Below, piece by piece: positions 42,050-55,303 of a stretch of DNA of 64,000 nt (position 1 is its first letter; each line of letters begins with the position of its first letter). The notes under the pieces were generated by a model. The model was not told where the DNA came from, searched no databases, and saw only the letters and a list, made by a program, of their open reading frames with translations. A program made the position numbers and the translations under genes. The stretch covers positions 182,280,001 through 182,344,000 of the forward strand of contig OX597815.1 in assembly GCA_951406725.2 (NCBI GenBank), read 5' to 3'. This stretch comes from Octopus vulgaris. Taxonomy: Eukaryota.

Positions 42050-42654
42050 TAGCCCGAAGAACATGAAATCCACTTTTGGCGTTGAAGAAATGTTCGTTTT
42101 TGCGGCATTTTTTACGTCAGCGCTGGATTGACAGTCACAAAAGCATCGAAGAAAATTCAAAGAAGCTTTTGTTGTAGCTCTTTATGCTTGGGGTCTAAAT
42201 GCCACCAAGATCAAAACTGCCTTTCAGACTTTCTATATTCGATATTGTAAAATACTAATCAAGCTCTTACGTTGTGAGTTATTTGTTTGCAACGGTGTCA
42301 GGAGGTACGACGCTTGGCTTTCTCTAGGAAAAAGCTTGTACTATTTTTTCATTTTTACTCTTTAAGGGTGGAGTTGTTCTTTATTATCCTGAACTACACC
42401 ATGAAGCGTCTGTTTTCGTGTATTTGTAAGATATCACACTTTGCGGAAGCTGCGAATTTGAGTTACAATAAACAATGAACTAATGACAGTGCTTCTACAT
42501 GGTTGCTTCAAGATACTATAGGGTTGTCCGGAAAGTTCGTGCCGATTTTTAAAGGAAAGAAAATGGTCAATAAATACTTGTCATTACATTTTAAGCAACC
42601 AAATATGAACCATTTTGTTGCGCAATGCGTCTCCATCTTTCCTTTAACTTGAAA
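40196..42654. repeat. 320-bp inverted duplication (40196-40515 vs 42335-42654)
   Basis: Direct comparison shows about three mismatches; covers the mariner end plus ~185 bp of flank. Confidence 0.92.
41500..41710 (-). mobile_element. SINE family B with TSD
   Basis: Family blocks; attctactataaatata duplicated on both sides. Confidence 0.9.
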
Positions 42655-42989
42655 GTAGCAGACTTGATTTATGAGAAATTGCGCACTTTCATTAATGAAA
42701 TTATGATGGCCTGCACCCTGGAGATTTATATTCCGAGGCAAATACATGGACATTCATGAACGACGGAAGACTTAGATCATGATATTGATGTCTAATATCT
42801 CCAAGCCTAAATGAAATCAGAGCTGAAACTACGTCCTCGATAAATCTCATTGATAATTATTTTATTGAACATATTTTCTTCCTCAACTCGTTCTCTTCTA
42901 TATATAATCGGACCTTTCAAATCCATTTATATTTCTGATTAATTATGAAGTCAGAAATGTCTTCACGTTTGTATAAGCGGTGTGGGAGG

Positions 42990-43412
42990 CAGAACATGCC
43001 TTCAGTCGGATCTGTTTCCTGTTGTCCAATGGGCGGAGAAGAACAATATGCTTCTGAATAAAGGTGAGTTTAATTTGATTCACTTTGGAAAAGCGAATAC
43101 TCTAAAACCACCATATGCCCTTCTCTCGGGCGTCACCCTAGTGTCATCCAACAACACCAGAGACCTTGGAGTATTTGTTGATAACAATCTAAGCTGGACT
43201 TCCCACGTAAACAGCAAAGTTGACTTGGCCTGCAAGATGTGCTCCTGGATTCGGAGAAATTTCTGGTCTAGAAATGTTTACACCATCATCCTTCCGTACA
43301 CTGCATTTGCCCGACCCCACTTTGAATACTGTTGCTCACTGGGGTCTCTCCACACGAAGCAAAGCATTGCGAAAGCGCAAGCACTCCAGAGATCAATAAC
43401 AAGAAAGATAGA
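42990..43412 (+). mobile_element. CR1-like LINE RT C-terminal fragment
   Basis: LQSDL..VVQWAEKNNMLLN..RDLGVFVDNNLSW..H..RPHFEYC..QRSITRKI. Confidence 0.85.
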
Positions 43413-43805
43413 CGAGCTGGCAGAAACGTTAGCGCGCCGGGCGAAATGCTATGCGGTATTTCGTCTGCCGTTACGTTCTGAGTTCAAATTCCGCCGAGGG
43501 TGACTTTGCCTTTCATCCTTTCGGGGTAGTTTAAATAAGTACCAGTTGCGCATTGGGGTCGATATAATCGACTTAATCCCTTTGTCTGTCCTTGTTTGTC
43601 CACTCTGTGTTTAGCCCCTTGTGGGTAGTAAAGAAATAGGTATTTCGTCTGCCGCTACGTTCTGAGTTCGAATTCCGCCGAGGTCTACTTTGCCTTTCAT
43701 CCTTTCGTGATCGATAAATTAAGTACCAGTTGCGTACTGAGGTCGATCTAATCGACTGCCCCCCTCTCACCTAAATTTCGAGGCCTTGTGCCTCAAGTAG
43801 AAAAG
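43411..43805 (+). mobile_element. Family B SINE dimer
   Basis: Two successive ggtatttcgtctgccg..gcctttcatcctttcg units with different tails. Confidence 0.88.
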
Positions 43806-44920
43806 AATCTGTGTTCTCAAATTAGCAAGACGCTAGATGTAATTTGAGGACACACATTTCGTGGTAAGACGGTTTGACGTCTATTTTTAGCATTCAGGGA
43901 TTCACATGGTGGTCTCTCCTATTGTTTATATTGAAATAGAATTTATGGTCCTCGGACGTTTTTTAAGTATGCTGACTACTGGTTGAGATTTATATTACTT
44001 CATAATATTAATTTCTACTCTTATTATTTAACTATAATTATAACTTTTATTATATATTTTTTACTTCTTTTACAAAGAATATGCAAGGGCTGTGCCAACA
44101 AAAGAATTCATACACAATTTGTATCTTTTCCATCTTTTACAACCGTACAAGAAGCATACCAATGCTGAAGGCATCCATTGTGTTCTGTACTAGTATTTAA
44201 TAAATACGATGATGTAACTTCTTGTGTTAGGTGAATAACTTGCGCTCAACTAAATATTATGCAATGGTTCGAGAATAGAACCAATAATGTTAAATTTAAG
44301 TTGAAATATCCAGTGAACAATTTATGCTTCTTGGTTTTGTGGGATTGTGTTCGTCTGTGCGTGTAATTATGTATTTATAGTTATCTAGTGCGTAAGAAGA
44401 AAGGGGATCTATAAATAATGTTATGCATGTTAGCAGATTTCTTGCTATTTACCTGAGAAAATGTGAGATGCAAATAGTTTGTAAATATGTTATTTTGTTA
44501 GCTTCCAGGACTGATTCCAATTCATCCTTTGGCGAAAGCTTTCATAGAACACTAGTAATTTTTCAGTAAATGTGATTTTCTGGTCCTCCATTTCTAGATA
44601 TTTCTATATAGTTTACAGCATTTATTACGCCAATTCAGTCGTTACATTTTCTTATACATACATGCATACACATATGTATATATGTATATATGTATGCACG
44701 GAATTTTGCCAGTGAACAGGTCGCGGTCTCAAAGCGAAAAAAATATTTTGGCAAATTATATTTAAATGTTGAAGTGAATCTAATGGTTTTTGTGTGTTTC
44801 TTAAATGGCTTATAAACACCTTCCACACTGCAATTGTTTTTGTTCCAGCACACGATCTCAGATCAGGTCACTTTCTATGCAAGTACACCTCCGTATATAT
44901 ATATATATATATATATATAT

Positions 44921-45318
44921 TGTGGTTGTCTAACCCTTATGCAGAGTTTTTCCACCTCCTGTACCTACACCTTACAACCATCATCGCATCTGGTGTGGCT
45001 TTTTAAACCAGACAATGTTCAGAAAAGACACCCACACAGATTGCACATCCGATTCGAACAACCAAGAGCTGCAGATAAGTTCTGATCTTTGTGGATCTTA
45101 AAATGTCTTTTGAGGCCTCCATTCGATTTGTAAACCTTCTGGCTTACACGGCATTCAAAGGTGTGAACAGACACATAGGCATAATATTTGGTTGAGGCTC
45201 GTTTTCCATAAGATTTGAGCCCAGCAAAAGACAGCCATGGGCTCTCACAGACTGTGCACACAGGTCATTGTCAATTACCTTCTTGATTGTTACATTCTTC
45301 CTTAGATCTCTTTTGAGT

Positions 45319-45320
<2 letters not shown>
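44921..45320 (-). mobile_element. LINE 3' end with three decayed C2H2 fingers (probably RTE clade)
   Basis: CTVCESPWLSFAGLKS, CRVSQKVYKSNGGLKRHFKIH and CNLCGCLF*TLSGLKSH, without TGEKP linkers; short 3' UTR; (TA)n on both sides. Confidence 0.6.
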
Positions 45321-45380
<60 letters not shown>

Positions 45381-45451
45381 TAGATAGATAGATAGTTAGA
45401 TATGTATATATATATATACATATATATATATATGTATATATATATACATAT

Positions 45452-45527
<76 letters not shown>

Positions 45528-47179
45528 GTATGAGAGAGAGAGAGAGAGACAGAGAGAGATGTGTATTATGTCTTTCATGATAACCTATGCCATGTTTAAA
45601 AAATATATTAGCGAATAATTTCTCAACATTTTAATTTTAAGATTATATTCTAACTCGTTTCAGAAAAATGTATTCACCTAAGTAAGAAACTTTAACCTAA
45701 CAACCTCATTTTCTGTGGTATATATTTAATTAATTTCATTACTAATATATTTACTCTTCTTACAACCAGACAAAATTTATCTTCATCTTAATTTGTTTAC
45801 GTGGATTTTTGTTTCCTCTCTTTCGGTTATCTCTAATATATAAAATGTCTATATTTTCTTATCACTAATTTATTTATTATTTTTACTTAACTCTCTTCAT
45901 ATTGATTTAATTGTATATCCATATTACATTTCTCTCAAAGAAAATCTTATATAACTAAATATTTATTGACAAGTCAGTTTAGTTATAATATTTATAATCA
46001 TTCTATCTTTCAAAAACTTTCAAATGAAACCTCATGAATATTCCAGTCCAATCAATAGCGTACTTTTTCTCTCGCCGTCCATTTCTTCTATCTCCATATA
46101 GTCTAAATAATATGCATTTTCAAACTTCTTTCACTAAGTATTTCACATAACAGTTTTATTTATATTTTATTCCTCGTGTAACAATGTTCATTAAATCTAC
46201 CATAACTTTTACATCCGTTACTCACCTATCAACGTTTCACTTATGTTATCGTTTACATCTGTTAGTTCAATCCAAATTTCGTTGAGTGTATCCTGCGTTG
46301 TTTTTCTTCTTATTTTCATTCGTTGACTTTTCCGCATCAGAAAGAAAGCTTATGTTATTGTGTTAACTTAGATATATATTTTGTCTCAGATATATATGTT
46401 TTGAGTACTTTAATTTAGTTACGATTTTCTTTGTTCGTACGTACTTACACTTTCAAATGCTAAGCTCGTTCCACTTGTGTTGTCTACCAGAAGCGTAACA
46501 CGTAGAAACAGACATCCATTTATCGAGCAATGATAGATCGACTCAAAGCAAACTTTAACCTTAAATATCTCAGACAATTCACACAATTCATTAGCACATT
46601 TCAGTAGCAAATATATTTATTGTTAAAAAGGAAATGATCCCGAACAGCACTTCAAAATAGAAAATAAATAATTGGGTTATAGATTGGTCCCGAATGAATT
46701 TCTAATAAGAAATGTCAAAATATTACAATTTGATGTAAAGTGCTATTAAACAGTTGATACAAAATCGCTATGATATTGTGCTTAATGTTGCAGAATCTAT
46801 TGCTATCACTACCAATTTCAGAAAAGAAAAATAGAAACTAGAAAATAGAAAATATAATGATTATGTAAAACAGTCAAAAGTTTCTTCCGATTTAATCACA
46901 GAAACTGAAGCTTTTGCTCAGATTCATGAGCTTAATAGGGCTTTAGTCGCTGCAATAATTAAATACTAATTCCTTACTTCCTTACACACTGTAAATAGCC
47001 TTCCCAGAGAAAAAGGTTGTCTCTGAATAACATTAAGACTCCAACTACGAGCAGAAGGACAAAGACATGACATATTTTTCTTGAAGACCATTCGATTATT
47101 TATTAAGGTAGCAGAAAATCAACTACAGCTAAATGCCTGAATGGTCCCTGAGATTTAAGACATATTTGTCTTAAACAGA

Positions 47180-47559
47180 GAACGTTTGTTTACTACTGTA
47201 CTTGTGAACTGTTGTAAACAAAGAACTTTTATATTTATATTTCCTTGAAATATCCTCCAAAGAATGTGATAAAAGAATTTTAGTTAAAAGTTCTTCTCCA
47301 AAGCTGTCTACCCTTTTGAGCAAGAATTATAAGTTGAAGCTTTCTTTAAGGATTCAAAAGAGAAAGAATGTTTGTTTACTACTGTACTTGTGAACTGCTG
47401 TAAACAAAGAACTTTTATATTTATATTTCCTTGAAATATCCTCCAAAGAATGTGATAAAAGAATTTTAGTTAAAAGATCTTCTCCAAAGCTGTCTACCCT
47501 TTTGAGCAAGAATTATTAGTTGGAACTTTCTTTAAGGATTCAAAAGAGAAAGAATGTTT
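47180..47559. repeat. Tandem duplication, two units of ~186 bp
   Basis: gtttgtttactactgtacttgtgaactg starts at 47184 and again at 47370. Confidence 0.92.
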
Positions 47560-47818
47560 CTCACATTCAAAACACGCCGCAAATATTCTCATAGAAACAG
47601 GATTTCGAAATCTAGCTGTACCAATTCTAGTAGCGAAATCTTTCTTTGTAAGAACCATTTTTCCCGTTGTAAAATAATTTTATAATTTTAAGAAGAGTAC
47701 TATAATTCTACCACATTCAGTTTCCTTAATTCCGTTTAACGTTCCTAAGCTGGAATTTCTTACAATCTATCAACGTGCTATTAATTATAACTAGGCTTAC
47801 TATTCACAATATATGTAT

Positions 47819-48049
47819 ATTTCTTTACTACCCACAAAGGGTTAAACACAGAGAGGACAAACAAGGACAGACAAAGGGATTACGTCGATTACATCGACCC
47901 CAGTGCGTAACTGGTACTTAATTTATGGACCCCGAAAGGATGAAAGGCAAAATCGACCTTGGCGGAATTTGAACTCAGAACGTACGACAGACGAAATACG
48001 GCTACGCATTTCGCCCTGCGTGCTAATGTTTCTGCCAGCTCGCCGCCTT
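47819..48049 (-). mobile_element. SINE family B with 16-bp TSD
   Basis: ttcacaatatatgtat at 47803-47818 and 48050-48065. Confidence 0.9.
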
Positions 48050-49003
48050 TTCACAATATATGTATGCTAGCAACTCTCTGCTTATATAGCTGTTGTGTGC
48101 ACGCCGCCAGACGTTGAAGTAGGCTAGCCCAATACGTAGATATATAGAGAGAAGCTTAAACGTCAGCAGACTAGAGTAGAGAGAACAGTAGAGTAGAGAG
48201 AACAGTAGAGTAGAGAGTAGTAGAGTCGAGTTGAGTAAAGGTCATCCGAATGTGCAACATAACAGTAGCAGAGTTAGCTTCCCATCGAACTGCAAAAATA
48301 AAATCCTGCTAAGTTCTTTTGTTCTCCAACCGTGCTCACTCATTTAGAAATCTAAATCAGAATAATTAAATATTGTTGATTCGTTTCTTCTTCGAACTAA
48401 AGAGTACATATCTCCCCAGATGTTTAGAAAGTATCAATTTGTGAATATCTAATTGAAATATAGGTAATAAATATTCGTACAACTTTGGTACCCCAGCAAA
48501 TTAGGAAATTTTCAATTATAAAAGGACCATTTCTGAACAAGCATTCCGAAAGAATTTCTTACATGAGTCAAAGCACCATTAAATCCATAAACATGTCAAT
48601 TGCTTATCGACGTCGGTAACATATCTTTGAAAGCAGACAACAAGGTATCATTTGAAAATATTTAAATTAGTTTGTTTTTAAGTTTTTACTACTTTTATTT
48701 ATTGTCTGTCTTTAATACCAGACAAATATGGTTGCAGTTATCATAAATGTTATATATTCTTTTAAACAGCATATTGTTACATATTTGTACACCTTGCACG
48801 TATATCTTTTGCATTATTTAAATAAATTCTCTAACCTACTTTTACCTACGTACCAATTTACATTAGAATAATTACTTCTCCATCATTGCTGCGCCATCAA
48901 TTATTTTCATCCCCTCTCCCCTCCCAAACTATCATTTCTAAATATTCAGCTATTTACCGAAGACTTCATCTTTAGTAATTTATATACATTTCTTCCGTTT
49001 ACC

Positions 49004-49422
49004 AAAGGCGTCGAGCTGGCAGAAACGTTAGCACGCCGGGCGAAATGCGTAGCCGTATTTCGTCTGCCGCTATATTCTGAGTTCAAATTCCGCCGAGGTC
49101 GACTTTGCCTTTCATCCTTTCGGGTTCGATAAATTAAGTAACAATGATGCACTAGAGTCGATGTAATCGACTTAATCCCTTTGTCTGTCCTTGTTTGCCT
49201 CCTCTGTGTTTAGCCCCTTGTGGGTAGTAAAGAAATAGGTATTTCGTCTGTCGCTACGTGCTGAATTCATATTCCGCCGAGGTCGACTTTGCCTTTCATC
49301 CTTTCGGGATCGATAAATAAAGTACCAGTTTCGCAATGGGGTCGATGTAATCGACTTGATCCCTTTGTCTGTCCTTGTTTGTCCCCTCTATGTTTGGCCC
49401 CTTGTGGGCAATAAAGAAATAT
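49004..49422 (+). mobile_element. Family B SINE dimer with long TSD
   Basis: tatatacatttcttccgtttacc flanks the whole dimer on both sides. Confidence 0.9.
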
Positions 49423-52400
49423 ATATATATACATTTCTTCCGTTTACCTTTTCTTATTTAATTTGTTTTCTCCTATTTCCTTTCACTCTGTTCTATTCCA
49501 TACTTTCTTATACTTTATCATTATTCCACCTTTTGTCAATGTCCTTTCGTCGCTATTTGAGACCTCATCGTTGACTATGACGGAAAACTAACAACCGATG
49601 GATTGTTCTATCAATACATTAAACAACACATTGGACCTCTAGTTAGTAAAATAAGTAAAATAAGAAAGTTGTAATGAAACCGTGCGTGTGCTTATTTTAA
49701 ATTTTATTGGCATGAAGAGTCTTCCTAGACACAAGTTTTGTTTATATATATATATATATCAAGGATTAAACCAGATTTTATCAGTGGTTAGCATATAATA
49801 TAGACCTATTCAGGTGAATTCATATATAGGGATTTATAATAGTATAAAATACAATTATAATTAAGGTTATAGAAGAAACTATGCCGATGCTGAAAATAGA
49901 CGTCAAATCGTCAAAAGATTTTTAAATTATCACCTTTACAGTACACAACCTGTTGAAATCGGTTACTTTTCGCAATTTTCGCCAGAAATCAAATGGCAAA
50001 TAGCACCCCACCTTTAAAGTTAACGAGAGAGTAATAAGATAGAGAATCATGATAAAATGAATCGACGACGTAATCTGTATAGTTTCCATGCATGGATGTA
50101 TATATGCAACAATAAATATTTTGAATGGAACATGTTGTTTACTTTGTTATTTCAGCACACTACTAGAATTTTATAAAAACACAATTGGAGTAAATTAAGA
50201 TTAGCGAATAGAAATGGATAGTGGGAAATAAAATAAATGAAACGTTAGAGATATTTAGACTAGCGCAAAAAATGAATAGTGTATAATTTCGTCTTTGCGC
50301 AATTTGCCGAAACAGAAGGAAATGCGCTAAGATAACCTTATCCGTCTTTTTGTTCAAGTACTTAACATTAGGCGCTCTGAAATAGTTCTCCCATTTTCAT
50401 TTCATCCATGTCATTAAACTTTTTCAACTCACCTTTGAATGTATGTAATATCACGCTCTCCTGGAAATAAGGTAGGACAACTGCTGTCCTGAAAACGCCT
50501 GTTGTTGCTGAAACATGTGAGTTGCTCTTTTTTTATATACTTTTTATATATACTTGTTTTTTCTTCGTTATACATACTCATACGTGCATACATATTTGTA
50601 TTTGTATAGTCACTATTTAAAATGATTAGTTGCATTAGGTTATATGGAAGAGAATTTATTTTGTTTTGTGTGAGGTATAAAGTGGTCGCATAGAAACCTC
50701 TCTTTTGTTTCGCTAAATCATTTACAGCTGAATGGACTTGACTTCCATATTAGAAGTCATCATATTAAAAATAAAACGCACGATTGAAGTTTTTGCTCAA
50801 GTATGACTTGCTTGAGCTAATCTACACTGAAACCATTCCATTCGTGACCATCATGTATTTTCTAAAGATGTCTTCCATATCACATTACTCACTGGCAAAA
50901 TTGATTCATTTGCTAGCAAGGCGGTTTGGGCAAATAAGAAGTCCTGCCATTGATTAGAGACGAGGTATAAAGTGAATTGTTTCGCGTCCTGCTTTCTGAT
51001 ACCTAACACGTTTATATCAATCACTAATTATGTCTGTTTGAACATTCGACCTTCTGAAATTAGCTGTCAAATTTCCTTGAACGTAATCTCTATCGTTCTA
51101 ATGAAGGAAGTGTCAACTTGAGAGTAAAGTTTTAAATACACTGTATTTAAAGAAGGACTGGATGTCCATGAATGTAGTGACATTTGATTATTGGATTGCT
51201 CGATCAGGCCTGATCTTTGGTTGAATGACACACAACATAAACTCCTCAGAAAGATCCGGAAGATGATAATATACTGATCTTATAACATAACATTAAATAT
51301 GATGCATCGTTTTCTCTGAAATAAGTGATTTCACTTTTTTTTTTCCAGTCTACAATTTTTTTCCATTCTATAATCCCACTGTATACACATATAATTAATG
51401 CTATATCTATATATCTATATTCACTAAAAATATTATCACCCGAACACAAATGGCGATATATTTTCTTTTACCAAATGTCAATCGTTAGTTATTTCAACAT
51501 TTCATATGATGTTTCTTACCCAGCAAGATTATATTCGCATAACTTTGCTAGTTATTGTGTTTTCATTAGTTTAAGTCATAAGGACACGTTCAAAGTTACT
51601 TGATGTGTTCACATAAACGTCTTGTATTTCTTATGGTGAATTAATCGTTGAAAGTTTTTCTATGTTTGTATTTCCTCCAGACATTAAAAAAAAGCAACGG
51701 GCAATGGACATACTGTGACATCAGCGTCAGCAACACCAAAAGATATATGTAGAGGAGAATTTAAGAAAATGATAACAAGTCAATGAAAAATATATATCTC
51801 CTTAACCCCCCCCCCCTCCAACACTTAGTAGAGGTAGCAATTTTTGTTGTTTTCTTTTTAGAAAGCATATAATTTTAAAATCTTTCTAAAATAGATTATG
51901 ACTAAGATACAAGTCTTCTCTTAACATTTCAATTCTTGTATATATGACATTTAAATGTTACTTGAAATGAAATTTCTACATTCTGAATAGAAATATATTT
52001 TATCATAATACTTGTAATTTAAACTCTTTTTATTATTATTTTTTTGGTATTGAAAAATATTTCAATTCAATAAACATCGTACGCATGACCTCAAGAACTA
52101 GATGAAGAATTGAATGTATACTGCAATAAGTACAATTTCAAGTCATGGAATTATAATCTAATGGCGTCAGTTGTGAACTTTATATTGTTGAAAATACTTT
52201 TGATATTATTCTTTGTTACAATAGGTCATCGATATACTAAAACATGTCATCTTTCAATGCATTAACTTCATAGTGTTCTATATTACATAACAAAACTACA
52301 GTTTATGCAATTTAAACTCGATATTTATTGTTGTATGAATACGAGCCATTGATTCTTAAGCGGTAAACTTATTTGTTAATTTGATTTAAGAAACTTAGAA

Positions 52401-54056
52401 AATGTTTCAAATATGAAACAAATTGAAGCCAATTGATGGTTTGCAAGAAAGCTTGCACATAATGTATCGAGTATTTGAACACTGGATTTTTTAAAACTGT
52501 GTAATAAATGAAGGAAATGTGGTTCATAGATTCATGCATGACTTGTATGCCATGTGTGGCTTCATAGCTATAGATATAGTCTGGTATAAGCATTCTCCTC
52601 CAATTTATTTGACAAGGTAAAAGAGATTACTGTTTGTGTCTCTCTTTGAAGCAATAGTGTCAGAATGAGAAGTATAATGGCTGCATCGTGGAGTTGATTC
52701 GCTTGGAGCTTATGAGCTAATAATCTTTATTGATTTATGAGGACGGTGCTTTATGTTTTAGTATCTCACTAACGAGGATATGAAGAGAAAATAATCGCAC
52801 GCCTGGCAAGGAAGTACAGTTTAATTCCTAGTAACGTTAAGCCTCATGAAAAATGCAAATCCATTTCTCTTGCATCACTAATGATATAATGACATTGCAG
52901 AAATGGACAGACGTAACACACTGTCGCCAGCGGATGCATTAATCAGCAGTGTCTAAACAAGAACACGAGTTACATATTTGTGTATGTACCAAATGTTTTG
53001 TCGATTCGTATATAATTTTAGCAACACAAAGATAAGTGAAATCACATTTGGAACAATGTGCAATTTTATAAGTCTTCCGAATTAAATTACCACAAAGTTT
53101 TCAGTTATCGTTTAGATTTAAGATTCTAACGCCTGTGTCAATTAAATCAGTACTCGAAAAATTGCTTACCTTGCATTAACACAAATTTCGATTTGTAACA
53201 AAAGATAACATGCTAATCGAACAAGTAGACGATCGCAAACTCGATCTAGATGGTCATAAAGAGATTGCAGTCGATGAGCAAACTGTATACGTTCTCTCGG
53301 TCAGACTATAAGATATCAGCCGTTATTCCAACTAAACCTCCTGGGGTTGTAGACTCGGTAATAAGTTGATAGTTCTTATATACTTTTTAGTGAATCTGTC
53401 TTATGTATATTAATTCATTTATATACTCCATATTTAACGGCCAAGTCTTCTAATACTTAGGTCTAAATCTGTACATAATGGTGATAATGTCTTCTGTATA
53501 TTGATTTGTATAAAAAGCAGCTGAAAATCAAGATCGTGAGTGCTTTTATCACACGTCACAACAAAAGCACTCGTTGCCTGGTCATCTATAATGCTAATGT
53601 TCAAAAGTTAAAATTTTGTCGGTAATGTCGTCACGTTCGTCAAGTATACAACAAAACAGCAGCAACATATATGCCAGCACAGAATACATCACAGAGAAGA
53701 ACCGCACAGGGAAAAATGGTCATTTTTTTTTTCTCCGAAAAAGTTCGAGGAATGCGTCTACGAATACAAAAAAGGAAATCAATAAAAACAAACTTCAAAA
53801 ACGTACTTATTTTAATACGTTAAACAGAAAAAGTTATTACACTTACACACTGACGGACACACACACATATATGTATGTATATATTGTATATTTATATGTA
53901 TATGAATGTATGCACATATACATGTGTGTGTGTGATAATTTATATTTATATGTGTTCATATATAAGTGTATAATTATATACATACATGCACAGACAGACA
54001 CACACATATACATACATACAAACATACATACATACATGCATACATACATACATACA

Positions 54057-54091
<35 letters not shown>

Positions 54092-54454
54092 TCTTTTATC
54101 TTTGCCATATTCCGCCGTGGACGTCGATTGCAACTTCAGAAAGCAAATCTTCCGTCAGGCTGTAGGAGATGACGTTGCACTTACCCTCTCTGAGAGAGTG
54201 CACAGTCCTTTTGTCCCCCACAAGTTCAAGGAAATGCGTCGTAATCCCTACGGGGTTAAAGAAAAAAAAAGCGCAGTGAATTGTTGGTTTGTTCGACGAA
54301 CACGTTGGTCTGCCAGAATTAGCACTTTTGCTTGGTTGTTTGACTGACAGACGGTAAATATCCACATAGTGACTTGTTTGATACAAGATCGGCATATGAG
54401 ATGCTAAAGGCCTTGAACGGATGTTGAGTGTATGTGCCGCCTAGTTACAGTTGA

Positions 54455-54640
54455 ATAGTACCTGTATTTCAAGGGGCCAGCTTTGTCATACTCTTTGTCA
54501 CGCTGAATCTCCCAGAGAAGTATATGAAGGGCTACGCGTGTCTGTGAAGTGCTTAACCAGTTGCACGTTAATCTCATAAGCAAGCTGTTCCGTTAATCGG
54601 ATCAACTGGAACCCTTGTCGTCGTAAGCGACGGAGTGCTA
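54455..54640 (+). mobile_element. SINE 3' module shared with the family D copy at 10878-11060
   Basis: gtacctgtatttcaagggg..gtcacgctgaat..ggatcaactggaaccct..gtcgtaagcgacggagtgc. Confidence 0.75.
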
Positions 54641-54644
54641 GTTG

Positions 54645-54697
<53 letters not shown>

Positions 54698-54709
54698 TAT
54701 ATAGAAGGA

Positions 54710-54758
54710 GCTTCTACAGGACTAGAACTGTTTCATTCAAGAGAAATCATCAGGAAGC
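54710..54758 (-). ncRNA. Type I hammerhead ribozyme (minus-strand copy)
   Basis: gcttc-CTGATGA-tttctcttgaat-GAAA-cag-ttctagtc-ctg-TA-gaagc. Confidence 0.75.
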
Positions 54759-54809
54759 AGCTTCCTGAAGATTTCTCTTGAATGAAACAGTTCTAGTCCT
54801 GTAGAAGCT
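54759..54809 (+). ncRNA. Type I hammerhead ribozyme (plus-strand copy)
   Basis: agcttc-CTGAAGA-tttctcttgaat-GAAA-cag-ttctagtc-ctg-TA-gaagct; predicted cleavage after 54803. Confidence 0.75.
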
Positions 54810-54892
54810 CCTTCTATATAATAAATTAATTTTACTCTGCTATGTATTGAGTACCTTATTTACTGTGGTTAACCCCGAATCAACCCGGGACC

Positions 54893-54961
<69 letters not shown>

Positions 54962-54965
<4 letters not shown>

Positions 54966-55115
54966 AGAGTTTAGGAAAAAAAAACAAAAGACGAAGACAG
55001 GTGGTGTACAAAATAAACAGATGTATTAGTATAACGCTCAGGAATAGAAAAGGTATTTTACGTTTCGAGCCTACGCTCTTCTACAGAAAGTGACACAGAC
55101 AAAACAAGGAGAGTG
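54962..55115 (-). mobile_element. Family H1 short repeat with minimal hammerhead variant
   Basis: Minus strand ttt-CTGTAGA-a-gagc-gtag-gctc-GAAA-cg-TA-aaa; homologous to 62741-62953. Confidence 0.7.
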
Positions 55116-55165
55116 TGTAGTGGCTAACGATCTATCATGGCGATCTATCATAACGATCTATCATA

Positions 55166-55213
55166 GCGACGGAACAACAAACAAGGTGTATTAATTTGAA
55201 TCTGACGTTTAGT

Positions 55214-55255
<42 letters not shown>

Positions 55256-55303
55256 ACTAAACATCAGATTCAAATTAATACACCTTGTTTGTTGTTCCGT
55301 CGC
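55166..55303. repeat. Near-perfect palindrome centred on (TA)n
   Basis: gcgacggaacaacaaacaaggtgtattaatttgaatctga(c/t)gtttagtatac arms, one mismatch. Confidence 0.92.

Noticed and set aside
45019-45261. Host C2H2 zinc-finger gene
   Set aside because: No TGEKP linkers, an in-frame stop, missing ligands, and the layout of a LINE 3' end inside (TA)n.
46620-47170. Possible DIRS tyrosine recombinase relic
   Set aside because: A single weak motif (KSTTAKCL) and no catalytic residues recoverable.
53616-54347. 243-aa ORF
   Set aside because: TTG start, spans microsatellites and has no recognisable domain; likely a chance open frame.
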